Source: Tubiluchus corallicola
Taxonomy: Eukaryota; Animalia; Priapulida
Assembly (NCBI GenBank): GCA_030141605.1
Contig: JAQGDQ010000625.1
Span: forward strand, 60,780-124,779
DNA: 64,000 nucleotides
Direction of reading: 5' to 3'
Below, one piece after another: positions 24,369-37,500 of this stretch. Both the position numbers and the translations under genes were made by a program. Every line of letters starts with the position of its first letter. Positions within the stretch are counted from its first letter, which is position 1. A model generated the notes under the pieces. That model had not been told where the DNA came from and made no database searches. It was given only the letters and a program-made list of their open reading frames with translations.

Positions 24369-26607
24369 TATATATTTGTGAAAGTCATGTTTGAAGTTGT
24401 TGTTCACCCACTTTGTTATGATTGAGTTTAGGCACAGAAGTATGAACAAGAATAAAAAACTATACTACATGTTTGCACTGCACACAACAGAAAAGTGTTT
24501 ATTAAAACTACAGACACATGAGTAGCATGACTGCTGCACTGCACTGAGAGTCACTAGAAAGCAAAAGCAGTCAGTATATATAGGTATAGGACTTGACCTA
24601 TGCAGATTTGCACAGGCTTCACAACAACCATTACTTTTAAATAGGGAGAGAACCGGTGAATATGCATTCAATGGACCGTACAATTATACTGAGCGTAAGT
24701 CAGCTGGTAGAATGTAACAGGATTAGCCCATAGATGGCAGCACCTAATTAAATGTACAATTCCAGCTTCCACAATATTGAATTCTGTGATATATAAATCT
24801 TGAACCTTCACTGCCAAATGAATTAACTGTGTAAATAAGTACATTCAACTAATTCATTTCTGAATTGATACACTGACCATTCTGCAACAGCTAATACTGA
24901 GTGACATTGCTGCATTGTCAAAGGTCTGGCCGATTACTCTACTGCACTTTCACACTGCTGTTATTATCAGATAATTCAGCTCGGTAAATCAGAAAGTCCA
25001 GCGCGCCATTTCCATGATCAGCTTTCAGAGAAATCAATCGGCTGAATTGTTTGTGTGAGAAGCTGGAGGCAAATCATTGCCCCTTGCAGTGTTTGATGTC
25101 GAAGATCACTTATTGATTACGAAATGTGATAGATTGATAATGAATACGGCATGACTTTGTGGTGCACCCAGTTAAGCAATGCTAGATCTAAAGAGCATAT
25201 GGAGCTGGAGTCCATTATTTGCTTAACAGCTCGTTTGCATGTTAATATATTTTCTTGATTTAAACTAGCTAAATTTTGAACTGACGCTTTTTAAACTAAG
25301 TGAATTTCTTAACTAAGTTTTGTCACTGGTTTTTGTTTCCTTTTGAGCAGTTCTAGTATCATCTTAATAGATATTTCTCAAAATTATTGGACTGTTTTTG
25401 CAAAAAATAAAAATAAAAACATAGGAAATGCAAATAATTATACTGCCGTTACCCGGAGTATATTTCCGTGCCAAATTCTTTGGTGGAAAGTTTGTTAAAG
25501 CATTTTTGTACACGAAAATTTTCCAAAACATCACTTTGAAGTGAACATATCGAAGATTTGATGCATGCAAATATTTTGTACAAACTCACTTTGTCTTTCA
25601 ACTTCAAATTCTCACAAATTTATAGATTCCTTGAATGGCTGGCATTCTCAGTATATCGATTAAACAGAGTGCTTTTGCATAATTCATAATCCATTAGTTG
25701 CTTCTAGCTAAGTGTGAAATTTCCAAATTTTGTCATTTAAAACCTTTATAAGTGGTGGAACAACTCTTGGTCAGAAAGGGAAGTAAAACGGTACTGCTGA
25801 AACCTGTTGTATTGTTGCTTTCACTTGCTATTTCTAGATTCGCTTAATCAGATGGTTGACAGTTAGCCTAGGCTAAGTTTCTTTGCTTTGCCAATCTTAG
25901 ACTTTGCGCATGCGTGCAATGCCAGTGACTGAATTAATAAAGTGGGTTAATAAGGAAGCCACCTAAACTCTGCGGTGAATCAACTACACATGCACTATAT
26001 GGCTTCACTCTTCCGTGAAGGCATTAGCTGCCAGACATCGTCAATCAATTTTTAATTAGCCATAAAGTCGGTGTCAAAACAACTTGCGTGCTGAGTTACG
26101 TTTGCGCATGAAAAACCGCGTAGAAGCAAAGTTTTTGTGTTTGCAAACTTGGTTAATCCACGGGTGCTTAGCTAAAACTGCAAACAGCTTAGTGGCGAGG
26201 AAGCACGTGGGAGAATTCTGATACTCTTCTGAAGGTGATGAATGGAAAGTAACTGTGAAACTGTTAGTTTACGAATGGCTGTGCTAAAGCTGAGATATTA
26301 CATAGAAATGTAACCAAAAACTTGTATTCACAATTTTGCTGGGAACAAGTTTTGCCTTTGTGTAAAAGACTCAATGATCCAGCGTGAAATGAGCCAAGTG
26401 AAATGCGGTTCTTCAAAAACAAGCTTATAGAAGTCAAATTGGTGGTGGCAAAAATTCAAGAGCATCAAAATGCTGCGTAGGAAACACTCCTCTGAATCAA
26501 AGTGAGAAAGAAGATTGGTGATAATGCGACATCAGATTCAGACACTGTTAAGATGATACAATGATTTTTGAATTTTTTGTGGGACAATGAATATGGTCCA
26601 CTAAGCA

Positions 26608-27588
26608 ATGGCCACTACTACAAATTTAAAACTATACATGTTAATGCTTGATGTGTCTTACGTGAGCATTTCTTCGTTAATTCTGTTGTTTAACTTCGTG
26701 GTCCTGGGAATATTTTCTAGTCAGTGTCGCAAGCTGCCTACGTACAACTGGTACATGTTGTCATCATGCGTGTCAGATATCCTTTTAGCACTGGTGGTGC
26801 CAATGATCTCGGTGTGTTTCCCGGCTTTTCGTATAGATCCGGTCAAGTATGCACCAAGCGAGGAAGGTGATGGTGACACGGCATTGTGTGTTAAGGTCAA
26901 ACTAGGACATTGCGTTATGTACATGTCCATGTTCAATAGCATCTATACAATATTTGCCATACTAGTAGACAGAAGACGAAGGACGATTTTTCCTATGAAG
27001 TCCCAAACAACGCAGAAACAAGGTTTTATCATTTCTATAATTATCTGGTGTCTTTCTCTCATTTATCAAGTGCCGTCTTTTATAATTGAGTACAAAACCA
27101 GAATTGTACAAATGGAGACGCCTAGCGGAAACTTTACTGGAATGGTTTGCCATCCTGCTGGTTCTGCCTTGCAAATGTATTCTGTTCTGTCTGTTCTGCT
27201 TTCATATATTCTTCCAATTGTAATAATAGGTATTTTTTACAATCAAGTTTTAGTACATCTTAGATATGTTACCGTGGTAACAGATGAAAATCGCAAAGAA
27301 ATAAGAAGAATCGGTCGCTCAGTGCAAATGATTCTAGTCCTTACTTTAGCTTACGCCATCTGCTGGGCAATTAAACATGCAGCAATATTTGACCTGGCCT
27401 TTAGGCCTGCAGTACACCCACCACCTGTAATGTCATTTAATGAACTTTTGTTCCTAGAGATGTCCCCACTGTTGCCTTTGTGCTACAGCTGGATCAAACC
27501 CATCATATATATTGTTTACGAACCAGCATGTTTTAAAATTTTCAAAATCTTAAATCGCAAGAAGTCTGTAAATGTGCAGACAATTTAG
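26608..27588 (+). CDS. intronless, divergent rhodopsin-like (class A) 7TM GPCR, orphan, peptide-receptor-like
   Basis: 326-aa ORF with seven hydrophobic segments; TM2 SD, TM3 Cys and AILVDRR, TM4 W...P, ECL2 Cys, TM5 YILP...FY, TM6 CW, TM7 KPIIY. Confidence 0.88.
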   Translation: MATTTNLKLYMLMLDVSYVSISSLILLFNFVVLGIFSSQCRKLPTYNWYMLSSCVSDILLALVVPMISVCFPAFRIDPVKYAPSEEGDGDTALCVKVKLGHCVMYMSMFNSIYTIFAILVDRRRRTIFPMKSQTTQKQGFIISIIIWCLSLIYQVPSFIIEYKTRIVQMETPSGNFTGMVCHPAGSALQMYSVLSVLLSYILPIVIIGIFYNQVLVHLRYVTVVTDENRKEIRRIGRSVQMILVLTLAYAICWAIKHAAIFDLAFRPAVHPPPVMSFNELLFLEMSPLLPLCYSWIKPIIYIVYEPACFKIFKILNRKKSVNVQTI

Positions 27589-28486
27589 TAATGGAAGTCT
27601 TCTGTACATAAAAGAATTTTCAATTAGCCTGATAGAATTAGAACTAGTGATTTGCAGTAACTGTATCAATTTTAATTTAACACAACACCATATTTATTTA
27701 TTTATTGTATATTAATGATAATGACATCAGATAAGAATTTGCCTAAATTCAGTACTCTCTTTGGTTTATGGAAATAAATGCCATTGCCATTAAACTATAC
27801 AAAATAAGTTCAAAAATATATTTGAAAACTGAGTGCTACCGATATGTAGCTTTTTTTGGAGTCATACTTGTGAAACAAAGAACACTTTCCACTAAACCTG
27901 AATAGCTCAGGAGCCAATGGTCAAAAGTTTTATTGGTTACGCGAGTATGAAGCAGCTTATTTTGCAGTATTTAGTGTAATTTGTTAGAGCAGCGCCTCCA
28001 TTAGTTAGCTACGTATATATTCTAATCTATGGTTTATATTTTAATGCTCACTAAGGTTTCCCCTCACTGTTTTTAGCGGGCAAGCCACGAGGCGTTACAT
28101 CCTGTAGACTTATCATGGCAGCAGTCTTTGTAAATAAGCAGATTAATAAGCAAGAAAGATTTATGTTAAATGTTCTATAAAGTTTCTAACAATGTTACAA
28201 ATGTTGCCAAGACGTTACAGTATGATACTGTGTGAATGACTCAATTATACTGTACGAATTAACCTGGAAAATGTATGAAAAACAATAACAACAGTGCCTG
28301 GAAGAACAATACCAAGACGAGGAGAATCTCACATGGCTACCTAAATGAATGCGCAGGGCAGCACTTTTGCTAAGGAGGGAGGGGTACAAAAACAACAAGT
28401 AATAATCAGGGGTATATCAATACATTAAGGAGCCCTATGCCGGTAGTCGTACTGTCCAACTGCTTGTGGTGTAGTACTAGTAGTAT

Positions 28487-29167
28487 CGGTGCTATTACAC
28501 TTTCGCACCGCCTAGCTTTTCCTGGCCTATTGGTTCTTTTCATGCCTGCAGGCCAGAAAGCAGACCAACAGGCGTAATATACACCATATTCCCATAATAT
28601 TATTGCTTCTTATGCTTTATAATTCCAGATTAAAATCATACATTACTTACTGTCACCAACACGCAAGAAGCTCCACGTGAATAACCGTGTTTACACCACT
28701 AATGCGCAATCGCTCTCGTGCAGTGACGTATGTGGCCCTTAACATGTATTTTTAGTTTTTTTTGCATAATTTATGATTATTATGGTTGCAGCCACGGAAG
28801 TTTGTATCGTATTACAGTGTTCCCACATATTAGATTATAAAAGTAAAGGTTTTTTCTTTATTTCGTAAATGCAATTAAGATAAAAGTGTGTCACGTGCTT
28901 TAAGCTAGGCCCTGATAATGCTTAAACTAGTACGAAATTCGTCTCGTGACTACACACACAAACAAGATGGCGATACGCCCTGTATAGGTGTAGAACTGTG
29001 AATACAGCGTAATTATTGGTAATTATACCTAAATATATGATTAAATTACAATTAGATTAGCGGAAACATTCACTGATGATGTAAGAATAATAGAATGATG
29101 ACGTACGAGCCTAGAAACGAGTAATAACGTAGAAAAAACTAGGCGGTGCGAAAGTGTAATAGCGCTG
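28487..29167. mobile_element. MITE with ~29-bp TIRs and 6-bp TSD
   Basis: TAGTAT|CGGTGCTATTACACTTTCGCACCGCCTAG...CTAGGCGGTGCGAAAGTGTAATAGCGCTG|TAGTAT. Confidence 0.85.
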
Positions 29168-31026
29168 TAGTATCTTTATATAATAATTGTAATTGTTTAC
29201 TTTATGGCATTTATATAAAGTAGACTCACGAACTGTTTGTTGTGTGTTATAAAAGATGCAGTTTACATTTAATATAGTTAGTCAATTGGAAAAAATATCC
29301 CTGGTGATAGTACAGAACAACTTCTGATATCAGAGTACTTCTAAAACAATTGTGAAACTATTTGCCATCAAAATTTGGTATGAAAGTGTTGTGTTTAGTT
29401 TCGTATTATAAGGTAAACAATGCATATTTTTATAAGTGATCGAAGGCAAAAGATTTCGGGCATTGCATGCTTTTTTATCAGAGTTTAAGTTGTCCCTTTT
29501 CGTTGGCAAAACTTGAATAAAGTTGAATTTTTCTATTAAGTTAAAGTAATCTACTCGTTAGCTTAATTATACCCTAGAACTTGTCAGAAAGCTTCTTACA
29601 TCTCACACAACCTGCAATCTTGAGGTATATGACTGAAGCAGTGGCTCGAAGATTTCAAGATCCTTCAATAAATCTTATAGATATCTCACAAGATTAACTG
29701 TGAAGTACTGATCAAAGGCTTATTTTTTACGTCTTAGCGTTTGACATTTCAGGATTGATTCAAAGTGTTTTGATGTACTTGAAGTTCTGCGAATTTCCAA
29801 GCCATTCAGTTTGGTAGCAAAATTAATCTCAAAGCTTTCCCAGCCTGTGTGAGACATGCGAGGCTATCACACTAAATTCTGGGAGCGTGATAGATTCACA
29901 AGTGTTTCAGCAGTAATCTAATGTAAGAAATTGTTCTGTACATGTACTGTGTTATTACAACTAGCATATTGTCCATTAAGCTAGGTTGCAGCTTAGCGTG
30001 CCAGGTTTTAGGGCCTAGTGTCTAATAGATTCTCAATTAAATGAGCAATACTTGGAGACAATAAATTCTTCAGTACTGTTTTGAGCCCTCCTAGCAAAAT
30101 GTCATGTATATTTAGCTGTCTTAAAATGATGACTTTGAAGTGTTAAAATGATTTGAAATGATGCGCTAAAACCACTGTAAAATGGTTTAGTTGTAATTTG
30201 ATTGAATTGATACTACATACTGTATTTGACTATCCATTATGAACTTCACTGTACTGTTACATCCACAAAGAATTTTTCATTAAATGTGTGAACATTTTTT
30301 GACAAAATTTATTATAATATACCATAGAATGTACAATAAACATTTTATATTAACAAATGCCACAAAAAATCACAAGCAATAGCTTTTAACACAACAACAT
30401 TGAGGCTTCTTATGTGCGGCCAGCAAAACGATTGTAACTACTGTTGTAACGTGGTCCTTTACATGGACATTTCTACTGAAACGATTCAGGCAGTTATAGG
30501 TGACACGCTAAATATAGCACATTCTTTATCATTTACGTATAAAGAGGAATCTTCGACCAAACCTTAATGATTTTGTCTAACATATCAGTAATAATTATAC
30601 AGTTAAAACCTCTTTGATTTGTTCAACAAAAGACTGTCATTTATGAGCAACATTCAAAGCTATGATAATTGCACAGCTGCAAATTTTTATACACAAGTTA
30701 TTTTTAAAACTTAGTATCATAGCTTGGCACTATGTCAGCTGGGTACTACTGCTAACTCTTATTAATTATTAACAACAATGACGATAATAATTACAGTGTA
30801 CCTAACAAAGCTATAGTGGTCAAACATTGGACCAGCATAACAGGTCACATACATTTCAGACTTGATCAAGATTTAGCAAGCAACTAGTGACTCTGCATGC
30901 CTACTGTTGCTGAACTGAGTCAGTAGGTTCCAAACAGCAGAGTACCTACTCGCCACAGTATATTTCAACTCATAGCACTAAGCATCAGTACTCTGTCAAT
31001 ATTACCAACAAAGGCTTGAGTTCTTG

Positions 31027-31400
31027 CAGGGTTCCCACAGAATTTTAAAGTAAATTTCCACGACTTTTCCCTGACCAAATATTGATGTTCCATGACCAAG
31101 ATAAGCAGAAATTACATTACCAGTATACATAATACATATTCAAGCACTTTTGTGCATGGACATTCATACATATACTGATATATAATGTGTCGGCCAGTCA
31201 TTATTTTTGGAACAGAAATCGAAACTGGGAGTCTGCCAAAGTAAATTTTATTTGAACACGAATCGCAAAAAAAACATGTTTGGAAAAATATCGGTTCACA
31301 GTGATTACTTTTGTGACTTTTCAAATTTCCCTGATTTTTTGCCCCATTTTCATCATTTTCCCTGACTTTTCCATGACTTTTCAGGATAGTGGGAACTCTG
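31027..31400. mobile_element. hAT-like MITE with apparent 5-bp TSD
   Basis: TCTTG|CAGGGTTCCCAC...GTGGGAACTCTG|TCTTG; subterminal TTTTCCCTGAC repeats. Confidence 0.8.
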
Positions 31401-33418
31401 TCTTGCTCATCAAATAGCAGCTGGATAATACATGATATTACTTATAGCAATTGTTAAGTTTCAAGCAACTGCAAAACTGCTGAAAATGCAAATTAGTTTT
31501 ACCTGAAAGCTACTAAATCTAATAAAGTTTATGCTAGTTTGTAGCATAATACATCAGATACATTACAATGGGCTGAATAATTATACAGATTTAATTTGCT
31601 GCTAAAACTGCAATTTGAACTCACTGCTTGTTGGCATTAAACAGTACTGTTGGTAGCCGAGCACATTAGACTGTCACAGCAGTTTTGACATTAAATGATA
31701 ACACTTTCCTAGACAATTTGCATTTTTTCTCTAAGCAACATTTTATTATTGTACGCATTGATTTTTAACTTGCATTACAACACTTTACAATAGCCATGAT
31801 TATATAGATACATGAACTTAAGACTAGAAGTAGCGTTAGAATGGCTGAAATACGAGCAAGCACAAGTTAACTTTTTTTGTATTTTGTAACAAAGTAAGCT
31901 AATACTGCATGAAGAAAAACATTGATTAACATAATTTGTGTCATTCAAGGTGTAGGAAAGGCAGTAACTACTAAACATTGTTTCTGATAAAAAAAACAAG
32001 AAACTGCAGATTGCAGAATAATTTAATACATGGTATATAGGTTTATATTACGGGGATTAGTAGAAAACCAGTTTATATATCAATTATGAGCAAATATTAA
32101 AAAGCGAACAAGTACATGAGTAAACGTGTGATGAGTGGACCCTCACGAGTAAATAGCAAGATGGTGACTTCACCATGAACAATAAGATTCATCAAAAGGA
32201 CATGTTAAACAATGCAAATTCAGTGATACGATACAATACCGGTAATCTATCTTTCAACACAATAAGATAAGATGCAATTGACTATTTCAGACGATAAAAA
32301 TGATACTCGTGTGGTCAGTTGGTCGTGCAAGATGTCCAAGAGTAACGGAATGCCACATTTTTGCTGGCTATTTTGCAAATAATGTACAAATTACATATCT
32401 ATGACGAAGTTCTATTCCTTATTTACTCATAAACTGCGACTTGCGATAAATGTATTATCTCTTGTACTACGTAATATATTTACCTATCCACATTACCGCG
32501 GAAATGCCTCTAAAATATGACACGTGGTATTCGCTCTGAATTGTGCACCGGTAAACCGAGCTAAGACAGCCGCTACTGCAGTACACGAAAATTATCTGGA
32601 GAAGCTTATACGTAATTCACGTCATACTTTTTTGCATGATTTGTGTACATAAATAGAATAGCGAAGCAAAGCGATTTCACAAAGCTTTAAAAAAATCAAT
32701 GCGGTAATGATACTCCTTCCTAGAGTAATATCGACACGACAACAATAAAAACGAATTTTTCTTACCGACAACAATCGATACATATTGTTGTCGCGATATC
32801 CCCAAGCCAAAGTGCGCTTAACCTGATAAAACGTTACTTAAGAAACACCATCGTTTTGTCACCATTACTGCGACGAATAAAAACATAATTACCATTTAAA
32901 AGAAGTTTGTTTAAGAACACCTGCTCATACCACGTCTTTTATAAACAAGTAAAATATGTATTCATAGCAACTTAAACCAGTCCAATAGCAAAATGTGAAT
33001 GTAATATACTAATGTTACAATGTAATCATCACTAAACATGTTTCACATCTCGTATATGCTTACATGTTTCACATCTCATATAAAAATCTATGTCAAGTTA
33101 CCTTGTTCGTTTTCAAAAATGAATTGGGGCACACTCAGGACTCTAACAGCAATTATTATACTTTATACCAAAGGAGCAGCTAAAATATATATTGCAGTTG
33201 TTGAATGCGGCTCAGCAAGATAAATTTAAATCATACAACCACATTTTATTTGGTACATTGATCGTACATAAACGGCAATAGCGCATTCTCTTGAACTAGA
33301 TATGAATGCTGAACCAACGTCGAACACAACACAGAAAGCAGTATAGTTAACATACAGACTTATTTTTGTTGAACACGGAAACTTAGAACTCACCTTACGG
33401 GAATTACAAAACTAAATA

Positions 33419-34221
33419 CAGTCAAACTCGATTATAAGGTACTCACTTATAAGGGACATTCACCTAAAAGGTACCACCAACACCAATAGAAATTTCTTAT
33501 AGGAATCTTCATATATAAGGTACTCACTTATAAGGGACTTTCGGTTATAAGGGACGATATCTTCAGGTCCCGCGTAATAGAAGCCCAGGTAAATTACCTC
33601 ACACATAAGGGACCCTATGAACAAATATTTTTTACATCCTAAAAAGCCTAAGCAGAGACCGCACACAGGCCCGACTGTATTCTCTTGGACAAGTAGTAGT
33701 ATTCCTTTGTACCTGGTAGTTCCAGGAACTTTCTGGAATCACGCACTGCACATGCGTGACACATCTCAGCCAATCACAATATCCCATATAAATTATGTGG
33801 CAGGTGACGATTGGCCGATGAGCTGATCAACAAGAATGGCGAAAACTTTGCGGGTAAAAATTTTCCGGGTCATTTGTTCCTCGGTGATCGTAGTGTCATT
33901 GCGCTTCGAATGGTTTGCGGTGATTGCAGTTATCTCGGAAGGAATTTCAAGTACGGAGTTTTGTCATTGTCATTTGAAAATGAGTGCATCAAAATGTCAA
34001 GCTACACCTGTTGCCAACAAAGCTGAGACAGTCCAGTATTGTGCTGATCGTCCTTCTATGAAAAAAACGGTTCATTGGACATTAGGCTACCAGATGAGTT
34101 ATATAGAGCTCGCGGGTCTTGATACACCTTCGGCCCGACTCAACTTCGGCTATAAGGGACATCAGATATAAGGGACGGTTTTTTCTGGTCCTGAGGTGTC
34201 CGTTATAACCGAGGTTGACCG
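33419..34221. mobile_element. pogo/Tigger-type MITE
   Basis: TA|CAGTCAAACTCGATTATAA...TTATAACCGAGGTTGACCG|TA; subterminal TATAAGGGAC repeats. Confidence 0.85.
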
Positions 34222-34540
34222 TATCGCAATTCTCTCACGTAATGAAATCTGATACGAAATGAAAAATGATGAATTTCTGATGAAGCAAGCAACATTCAAA
34301 CTTTCTCACGTCCACGAAGGCATGTGAACTGATGTGTGCGTCTATGACCACACATAAAACTGTGTGTAATAACTACTGCTGTGTGCTGTACAAAGAGTTA
34401 TTGGCAACTTAATTACAAAATGGTTATAAACACTCCCTATGGCCAGCTAAAACAGCTAAAATGTTAGGCAGTAAAATCGTATATACAACTATCACACACA
34501 TATTTATGACTTTACATTAGGTTAGCGGGCAAGCCATCGA

Positions 34541-37500
34541 TCATAAGATCACGCAGCAGCGGCAATATCGTTGTTGTGTTCTTCCGACAGAGGGTGGTGG
34601 TGTCACTGGGGCAAAGTAAGCATGCACGTTAATGTCCTCCAGGTGGAGCTGAAAATAAGAGAGAAGCTGTGAAACGCATGCAACAGAAGAAACCACAAGC
34701 AAAATGGCTGTCTTCACGAGCTACTATTGAAGTTTGATAGCAAGAATTTTTCACAATTGCAATACTAAATTTTAGACAGAGAAACAGGGAAAGGGTTATA
34801 AAATTAACTTTTCATATTTCTAAAACAATTTTCTGGAGATTTGATGCTAGACTACGAAAGTCCAATATATTTAGCATTTGTTTTTGTAAAAAACAAAAAA
34901 CTGATGTTTGGCCCTACTTTTGATGCATCATAAGAGTTTCAACTGTGTAAACATATGAATGGTTTTGGCTTGCAAGCACACAGTTATGAAAAATACTGTA
35001 TTGTTGTATATTAATACTATATTATGAATAATATAGTAAGTAACAACGTCTGCAAAATTTTTGTAATATACATCAAGAAAAGTCTATTTTAACTAACAAT
35101 TAAAGTGAATCAATGAGAATTATGAAAACTGCAAGCTCAAGTGATAGATGGCACCACTTACCCTGAGCCTGCGTATACCGGCACGCGTGATTAGCTGGCA
35201 GTCGTACAGCTCTATACGCTCCAGTTTCTGACAGTGTACCAAGTGGTCAAGGGCGGTATCAGTGATCAGCGGACAATTGTCCAGTTCAAGTACAGTGAGA
35301 TGTTCCGTGGCGAATACGCTATTACCCAAGTGTCGAATACCTTCATCTGTGATCAGTTCACAGTGTGACAAACTCTGCAAGTATGGAAATTACTGAATGG
35401 AAACTCAAGGTCTTTTTTTTACACTTAAACACAAACAAGGGGGAAGGTACACATGCAGTAGTCAACAGTAGCAAACTGATTGACATACTAGCGTATTTAG
35501 GTACGAAATATTCAAAATATTTTATAAAAACACGAAAAGGTGAAAAATGCTGACGGTGACACGAATGCAAAAGATGACGGGATGGATGACGGTGACACTA
35601 ATGCAAAAGATGGAAGACGGGATGGATGACGGTGACACTAATGCAAAAGATGGAAGACGGGATGGATGACGGTGAGCAAGATAACTGAAACGAACGCTAC
35701 TGTTGGCCGAGTAGATTAGAAAATCCTGTGCAAGACTTGTTAGTGGCAATGATTTACAATCCCGGTTACCAGAGTTTGTGGAAGGCTATAAAGACGGACT
35801 GTAAAGCACAATCGTCACTGATTTAATAATGATCACTGAAAAAACAGCTATGGCACAAACTGTACATATGCCAAGTCTGCATGCACATCATAATCCAATG
35901 GCCCTTACATATGGAATTCAATTGCTCCAGCTATTAAAAATGCCAACTCGCTGTCCATATTTAAAAAAAATTATAAATTAAACTTACTTGAAACATATAA
36001 CTGATCACTCAATCATGATTTGTTGTTTTTCATATAATATTTTTATTACTTCCCACCCGTATTTATGTCTGTATATATTGTAATATTGTATCTGTATATA
36101 TTGTAATTTTTTCGTAACTAATTCTAGTGGCCTATCATAAGCTAGCTTCTTAGGTCTCTAGCGCAGAATTCATGAATTGTATCATATTTTTGTATTAACA
36201 AAAACTGATTATCGATGCACATGTAATGTATATGTATATGTTTATTGCGAAATAATCCATAATTGTAAAAGTTCCACAGTTTTAGGAACTACTTCTAGAT
36301 TCTCTGGCAAGAAAAGGAACTAATTCTAGTTCCAAGTTCGTTTAACTTTTTAGAAAAAGATTCAATTTGAGTTCCAAGTTCTTTGCACCAAAGGAAACAT
36401 GTCACTTCCTGTTCACTGCAGTATTTTCATCCCTGTATGTTTAAACTTAAACTTTTTCCTTTATTTTTATTTTAATTTTACTAATTTTTCTTGGAATTTT
36501 TTTTATTTTTTAACTGTTTTAAATCATCATTTTTAGTATTAGTTTTATGTATTTTTCTCTGTACACCATTTTTATTTATATAGATTTTGGCCTATGTAAA
36601 AATAAATGTAAACTTAATCGTGCATGATTATCAGCAGAACAACAGATTAATTTTATTGACATGGCACATGAATAGGGGTGCATGAGGATCTGGTCGGAAT
36701 CAGCATTTCAAGGTCGGGGTTTGGGATGCCAATTGAGTTCGATGTCGGAAATTTTTTGGGGTTCGTGACTGAATGTTCGGGAGCGTGGTTTGGGGTCAAA
36801 CTTCGGGAGTAAGGATCATAATGACCATGATCGTCAACACCCCTACATATGAATCTCAACTTTTCTCTGCTCAATCAGTTTATATGGCAAGAGAGTTTCG
36901 TAGTCTGTTATGATCTGTGAGATGATGTGCAGTAACAAAAAAATCTAATTTCTTACCAATTTTTCTAGCTGCGGGCACCATAGTGAGAGATGTGCAAGAG
37001 TAGCATCGGTAATAAGAACACATTCTTCTAGATCCATTCTTCTCAACTCATGACAGTTCTGCAACAAAAATTAGTTTACAATCTAGTACTTTAAACTTCA
37101 CCAAATTAACTTCAGAACTATTAACACTAGAAGGACCGGGCGCGTCAATTAACAGTCAACATTAGAAGGACCAGGCGCGTCAATTAACACAGTCAACATT
37201 AGAAAGACTGGGTGCGTCAATTAACACAGTCAACATTAGAAGGACCGGGCGCGTCAATTGACACAGTCAACATTAGAAGGACCGGGCGCGTCAATTGACA
37301 CAGTCAACATTAGAAGGACCGGGCGCGTCAATTAACACACTTCACATTAAAAGGACCGGGCGCGTCAATTAACACACTTCACATTAAAAGGACCGGGCGC
37401 GTCAATTAACACACTTCACATTAAAAGGACCGGGCGCGTCAATTAACACAGTCAACATTAAAAGGACCAGGCGCGTCAATTAACACTGTCAACATTAGAA

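Noticed and set aside
26608-27588. Opsin call because of a Lys in TM7
   Set aside because: The Lys sits at 7.49 (the N of NPxxY); the retinal-binding position 7.43 is Leu
29570-29920. Coding-like stretch (45-aa minus-strand ORF plus interrupted continuation)
   Set aside because: No splice structure or recognisable homology
36653-36874. 73-aa Pro-rich ORF in a GC-richer intronic block
   Set aside because: No phase-compatible splice sites with FBXL20 seen; probably an unclassified repeat fragment
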